The notes beneath the pieces are model-generated. The model saw only the letters and a list, made by a program, of their open reading frames with translations. It ran no database searches and was not told the origin of the DNA. DNA of 64,000 nt from Pseudogymnoascus verrucosus. Its lineage: Eukaryota. Of the stretch, positions 63,367-64,000 are shown in pieces; position 1 is the stretch's first letter; each line of letters starts with the position of its first letter. The translations under genes were made by a program, and so were the position numbers. The DNA lies in the NCBI GenBank assembly GCA_001662655.1, contig KV460289.1. The stretch is one strand, 5' to 3'.

Positions 63367-63498
63367 CCTTTTTATGGTCGAATCCCTCCGCATTCTGTGT
63401 CTTTGAATCACCTAAAATTTCTGAAATCGATATAAAAAAAAATGAAAACCTAAAAAAATTAGACAAAAAATAAAGGGTTTTGTAAATTGACCAACGGC

Positions 63499-63571
63499 AG
63501 GTCCTACCGAGATTCGAACTCAGGTCCCCGGAATCAGAATCCGATGTGATAACCAACTACACTATAGAACC
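63499..63571 (-). tRNA. tRNA-Gln(CUG), copy 2
   Basis: Identical 73-nt sequence 205 bp from copy 1. Confidence 0.95.
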
Positions 63572-64000
63572 CCTTTTTTGTGGTCGATGCTCGGTTATTG
63601 TGGGACTTGAGGGTTTGCATGTTTGGTGTGGGGATAGGGCTTTTTTGCTGCCGATTGGATGGATGGCTTGGCACTTTCCTCATATAACGAACGAACGCTC
63701 TTCAAAATCTATATATCCACTGAGATTGTTGGGGTCTTTATATATTTTTCACTTTTGGGGTTTTTGCATTTTTTTTGGAATTTATACGATTTGTATATGC
63801 AACAATTTACATTATCAAACTGGTAGAAATACCAACGTAGACGGAGCGCTTTGGTCTAGTTGTCAGAGTCACTTTCTTCAAGCCTCTATAGCGCGGTGTA
63901 CTCGATCGCCTTGACGATGGAAAGGCACAATCAGGCTTTCGAAAGCCTTATACCATGGATTGTTTTAAAACGGTTTTCCATGGCATCGTTGCCTTATGCG

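Noticed and set aside
63294..63571. tRNA-Gln(CUG) pair as suppressors rescuing TAG stops in the adjacent transposase
   Set aside because: Anticodons are normal CUG; the transposase has many stops plus a catalytic Asp->Asn change

Overview
Eukaryotic, intron-containing, gene-dense DNA from a filamentous ascomycete (Pezizomycotina; GT-AG introns of about 45-200 nt with CTRAY branch points; Leotiomycete-like is only a guess). Genes recognised by splicing exons by hand: a DJ-1/PfpI-family protein, GPI16, LUC7, a large-subunit catalase, a GH28 endopolygalacturonase, CUL4, NUP192, TEL1/ATM, a CofD/YvcK (UPF0052) protein, a SIM+RING ligase, a divergent RPL10/uL16, MIP1 (Pol gamma), a SIT1/ARN-type siderophore transporter with clustered ATCTGATAA iron-repression motifs, and several uncharacterised proteins. 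It also holds tRNA-Thr(UGU) with an intron, two identical tandem tRNA-Gln(CUG) genes, and a complete but RIP-inactivated 1860-bp Fot1/Pot2-type DNA transposon. Best leads: an intact but highly diverged RPL10 (possible specialised paralog); a disordered orphan protein with PIP-box, UIM and SQ/TQ motifs; a DJ-1 homolog lacking both catalytic residues; a TATA+A-box+B-box Pol III unit that is not a tRNA; a CaaX-tailed protein with a probable alternative non-lipidated C-terminus; and three 34-bp palindromes beside a degenerate tandem array. No database searches were run; family calls rest on remembered motifs.
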